A DNA stretch of 64,000 nucleotides, taken from positions 2,108,001 to 2,172,000 of the forward strand of contig CM074815.1 of the NCBI GenBank assembly GCA_037447605.1, written 5' to 3'. The notes under the pieces were generated by a model. It was not told where the DNA came from, made no database searches, and saw only the letters and a program-made list of their open reading frames with translations. Shown here piece by piece: positions 60,324 to 64,000 of the stretch (its first letter is position 1; each line of letters begins with the position of its first letter). The position numbers and the translations under genes are program-made. This DNA comes from Zygnema circumcarinatum SAG 698-1b. Taxonomy: Eukaryota; Plantae; Zygnematophyceae.

Positions 60324-63300
60324 TGTGACTCTCGTTCCACGGGTCCCACAGGTATGCAGAATGGCCCGCGCCCTTGGCATCAAGACCGCTCTCCCACACG
60401 AACTCGCGCTCTCCCTCGGGGGCTGTGAGGTGAGCGCTTCCACTGCTACTCCTTGTGCAGGCTCCCCCACCCTCTCCCACTCTCTCTATCTCTCAACTCC
60501 CTCTCTCCTTCCCTGTGGTTTTTTCTCACTTCTTCGCACCTTAGCCCCCCTCAACTTCTAGTCAGTCTCCTGTTTGTTCCTCTTCCTTTCTCTCTCTCTC
60601 CATGTCCTTCTCCCACTTTCTCATCCCTTATCTCTTTTTTGTCGCTCGCCCGCCCTCTCTCCAAATCGCAAACCAACAAAGACACCAAACTGACAAACTC
60701 TAAGACCCCTCAATCCTAATCCTAAACCCCTTTCTTCCCCTCTCCTGCGCCCTCCTCTCCCTCCCTCCCTCCCTCCCCCCCCCCCCAGATGACCCCCCTG
60801 CAGCTCTCCACCGTGTACTCCACCATCGCCTCCGGCGGAGTGTACCATCCCCCTCGCCTCATCACGCGAGTCATCGCGCACGACGGGACGCCTCGCGACG
60901 ACTTCGAGGTACAACTCCAAGAACACAAGGGAAAAGAAAACCGCAAAACCCTAAACCCTCAACCTTAAACCCCAAACCCTAATTCCTATCAACCCCCCTT
61001 CTTTCGGGCAGACGCCGGCGGAGCGGCGCGGGACTCTGATCGACGAGTACGCCGTCTCTGAACTGCGCAAGCTGCTGCAGGTCCGCCCTCCCTCCCTCCC
61101 TCCCTCCCTCCATCCCTCGCCCGGCCGGCCCTGAACCCTGAACCCTGCAGCCTCCCTCCCTCCCTCCCTCTCTCCCTCCCTCCCTCNNNNNNNNNNGAGG
61201 GGAGAGAGGGGAGGGGGGAAGGGAGGGAGGGAGGAAGGCGAGTAGGGGGGGAGGGAGAGGGGGAAGGGGGGGAGGGAGGGGGGAGGGGAGGGGGGGAAGG
61301 GGAGGCGGGAGAGGGTTTGGTTTCATGATTGTCACTCGATTCTGTTGTACAGCTGGTCTCTGTCCTCTGTGAAGTGTCCAATATGTCCCCATCCCTGAAT
61401 GCCTAACGTGATCTCTCTCCCTCTCCTTCTCCCCCTCTCTCTCTCCCTTTCTCTCCCCTCTCCCCCTCCATCTCTCTCCCCATCTCTCTGTTCGCCCCTC
61501 TCCCTTTCTCTCTCAGGTGTGGTTCGGATACGACGACAACGAGCCGGTTGGAGGAATGCATCCCGGTCCGTCACCTCTCATTTTTTTATTTTCCCATCCT
61601 TATTTGTACATACATAAATGCACTAGACCCCATTACCCCCTCCAAAACCCTAAATTTTATTTTTGCTTCCCCTTTGTTTATCCTTCTTTTTTTGAGGGTT
61701 CAGGAACGGGATCCTCCCACGCCGCCCCCGTCTGGAAGGAGTTTATGAGCGCCGTCCACGAGGTCAGAAAATTTGTTTAAAAAAAAAAACAAAAATATCT
61801 TGCAAATAAGCATATTTGGTTTCTCAGGCTTTTAAAAAAAACAAAAGATGGTTAATACAGATTTAGGTCTCAGGAGAAGGTTTGAATTTTCTGTAGGATC
61901 TGGCCCTTTTTTGACGACTTATAATTTTTTTGGGTCAATTTAGAAGGCAAACGTGATAGTCTTAGCCGAGAGACGAAGGATGTGTGGGAGCGGGTTCGAA
62001 CAGAAGCGAAAAACTTTTCCATCTGTGGGCTATGTTTTTTTTTTTATGTGCTTTTTTTTTTCAAATTTTCAGGGGCTGCCCGTTCTTAAATTCCACGACG
62101 TGGGAACGGACAAGTACGGGAGCAGAGCCTCGGGACGTGAATTTGAGAAAAGATCGAGAAGACCCCATAAAGCATTCCTTCGTGTACGGACTCTCTCTTT
62201 CCTGCCTCTCTCTCCATCTCTCTCCATCTCTCAGTCCTTCACTTTCTCTCCCTCTCACAGTCCTTCTCCCTCATTCCTTCTCTCTCATTCCCACTTTCTT
62301 CCACTCTCATTCCCTCTCTCGCATTTCCCTTCACTCTCTCTACCCCACTTTCATACTTTCCCTCATGCCCCCTCCCCCTCTTCGCATTCCACACTCATTC
62401 CGTCCATCTCTCCCTCTCTCGCTCCCTCTCTCCCTCTCTCCCGCACCCCTTCCCCAACCCATTGAGACATTCATTCATTCATTCGTTCAATTCATCCAAC
62501 TCAAATGCGAATTCAAATCCAACATGTTAAAAGGAATCTGAAATTATATCTGTAGTATACTCATATCTGTAGTCATGATGAAGTGATAATGTGAAGTATC
62601 TATCATGTATGGAGTTGCAGGGTCTTGAGAGGCAGAAGGAGAGCGGGAAGGGAGAGCGGCGGCAGGAGTGGAAGGATGTGTGGGAGTGGGAGAAGGCGAG
62701 CAGCGCTCATGAAGAGCGAGAAAAAATGGAGGCATGGATCGCTGCCCGGAAAAAAAAACACGAAGAAAACCGAGCCATGCGAGCTTTATGGGGGAAGTCG
62801 GATCAAAAAATTTCCGTTCAACCGGGAGAGCAGGAGGACAACATTTGGGAGGAGATGGATGACGTGGCATGGGGGGAAGGAAAGGTTCCGGAGGAAGAAT
62901 CAGTACCTACCAAATCGACAGTTTTCGATTTGCAGGCAAGTGAAGCAGCGGCTGCTGCAAAGTGGGGACCTTCAAAGGAGGGAAATTTTGCTTGGAAGAT
63001 TATAAAGGGGTTGTTTGGTGGAGAGAGGAGGGAGGAAGAAGGGAAGGGAGAGGGAGAGGGGGAGAGGAATACTACAGGGCTGCATCCCTTAGAACTGGAA
63101 GTGAAGGAATACTGCCATGAAAATGGCATAGCTAGGCCTCCCCCTGGAGATGCAAAAGAGGATTTTTGTGAACTTGCGAGGTTGATAGAGGAGGAGCAGG
63201 TGGGAGAGGGGAGTAGGGAGAGAGGAGCTTCTGCTGCAGTGGTAGTGGAAGTAGCGAGCGAAGAGAGGGAGCTGAGAGCGGAAGGTGGGAGAGACAAAGT

Positions 63301-64000
63301 GAAGGATGCAGAGAGAGAGAGGCTTGCAGCGATGGATGTTTCGGAGAGTCCGGCTATGGACGAAGAGGGCGCAGACGGGGAGCGGTGGGAGGAGGGAGAT
63401 GGAGGGAGAGATATGGAGGGAGAGGCGGTGAGTTTGTTTACTAGAGGGAAGGTTCTCCCTTCCGAGGTTCTCCCTTTTGGAGTAGAGAAACCGGAGGGTT
63501 TGAGAGTGGCGAGAAGGAGAGCGGGAGCAGGATGGGCTGAGAAGGAGATGAGAGAGCTTGATGCGAGACATGGAGCACAAGCTTTTAGAAATGCGCTCGC
63601 TACCCAGGAGAGGAATAAGAAGGTGTCGGAGATAGTGGGAGAAGAGGGAGAGGGAGAGGGAGAGGGAGGGGGAGAGGGAGAAGGTGAGGGAGAGAGCAGC
63701 GGCGTTGTAAAGGTGCGTGAGACAGTGGTGGTATTGGCAGAGCAAGAGGCTGTTACACAGGAGGACGGAGTGAGAGTGACGAGTTTGGTTGCAGTGAGTG
63801 AGAATGAGGGAGAGAGAGAAGAGAAGGTAATGGTAGCGCATGAAGTATCACTGGAGGAGAAGGTGGTTGCAGGGGAGGGAGTGAGTAAGGGAGCCATGGC
63901 CGGCATTCAAGCTGTGTGGGAAAGATGGGTGAATGGAGAGAACTCTCCCTCTGAAGCTACAACTCCTCCTCCTTTAGAGAGTAAGAGGCAGCTGAAATCT
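53857..64000 (+). CDS. Pbp: Bifunctional class A penicillin-binding protein (transglycosylase + transpeptidase), plastid peptidoglycan type; continues past right edge
   Basis: Ser/Pro-rich transit-like N-terminus and a TM segment. Transglycosylase motifs SEDRRFFDHQG, GGSTITQQ|LVKN, RKLAE, YLNK|IYWG. Transpeptidase SxxK (PGSTFK, ~59255-59267), SxN (RSLNVP) and VWFGYD. At least 20 GT-AG exons traced, from 53857-54639 to the last exon starting at 62621. The KTG exon was not found (N-gap 61187-61196). Confidence 0.92.
59015..59040. repeat. Interstitial telomere-like repeat (AAAACCCT)x3 in a PBP intron
   Basis: Three perfect AAAACCCT copies (reverse TTTTAGGG). Degenerate TTTAGGG/CCCTAAA runs also occur at ~54646-54725, ~58487-58507 and ~60945-60980. 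Confidence 0.7.
60086..60429 (+). repeat. 159-bp tandem duplication of (CT)n + 3' splice site + exon start in the PBP gene
   Basis: CTGCTGTGACTCTCGTTCCACGGGTCCCACAG|GTATGCAGAATGGCCCGCG...CACACGAACTC occurs twice; exon starts at 60193 and 60352. Confidence 0.88.

Noticed and set aside
53857-62183. PBP as a pseudogene
   Set aside because: All other exons join in frame with intact motifs; the only missing part coincides with an N-gap.
62818-63906. 362-aa and 250-aa minus-strand ORFs
   Set aside because: They are antisense shadows of the purine-rich final PBP exon.
39060-64000. Bacterial or fungal contamination explaining NRPS and PBP
   Set aside because: Both genes have spliceosomal introns with the same microsatellite style as the flanking plant genes and are interleaved with them.
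1-64000. tRNA, rRNA or autonomous transposon genes
   Set aside because: No cloverleaf, rRNA-like segment, or transposase/RT/integrase motifs were recognised by eye; a covariance-model search was not possible.

Overview
Eukaryotic, intron-rich nuclear DNA with GT-AG introns and abundant (CT)n/(GA)n tracts. The gene content (class II TPS, DUF1644, Grx-DEP-DUF547, plastid-type PBP1A, selenophosphate synthetase) points to a streptophyte alga or other non-seed green plant; this is inference and the species cannot be named. I assembled 11 protein-coding genes by eye: (1) plant C2H2-like zinc-finger protein (-, runs off the left edge); (2) intronless UDP-glycosyltransferase with animal-type membrane-anchored architecture (-); (3) ~22-exon NADH-dehydrogenase-like/SelD fusion (-); (4) DUF1644 protein (-); (5) class II trehalose-6-P synthase/phosphatase (+); (6) double Dabb barrel protein (-); (7) small plastid-type membrane protein (-); (8) 7-exon, ~1663-aa single-module NRPS, half-C/A/T/C (+); (9) unknown multi-pass membrane protein (-); (10) glutaredoxin-DEP-DUF547 (+); (11) bifunctional penicillin-binding protein (+, runs off the right edge). 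The most striking feature is an apparently intact, spliced NRPS in a plant-lineage genome. It sits behind a dense G-box/ABRE array and next to a Dabb-barrel gene and an orphan membrane protein. Other oddities are the metazoan-style UGT, an in-frame duplicated splice acceptor in the PBP gene, a dispersed hairpin repeat family and microsatellite-like insertions inside coding exons. Four 10-N gaps (7273-7282, 46641-46650, 57271-57280, 61187-61196) limit certainty. Exon boundaries were read manually and need RNA-seq confirmation.
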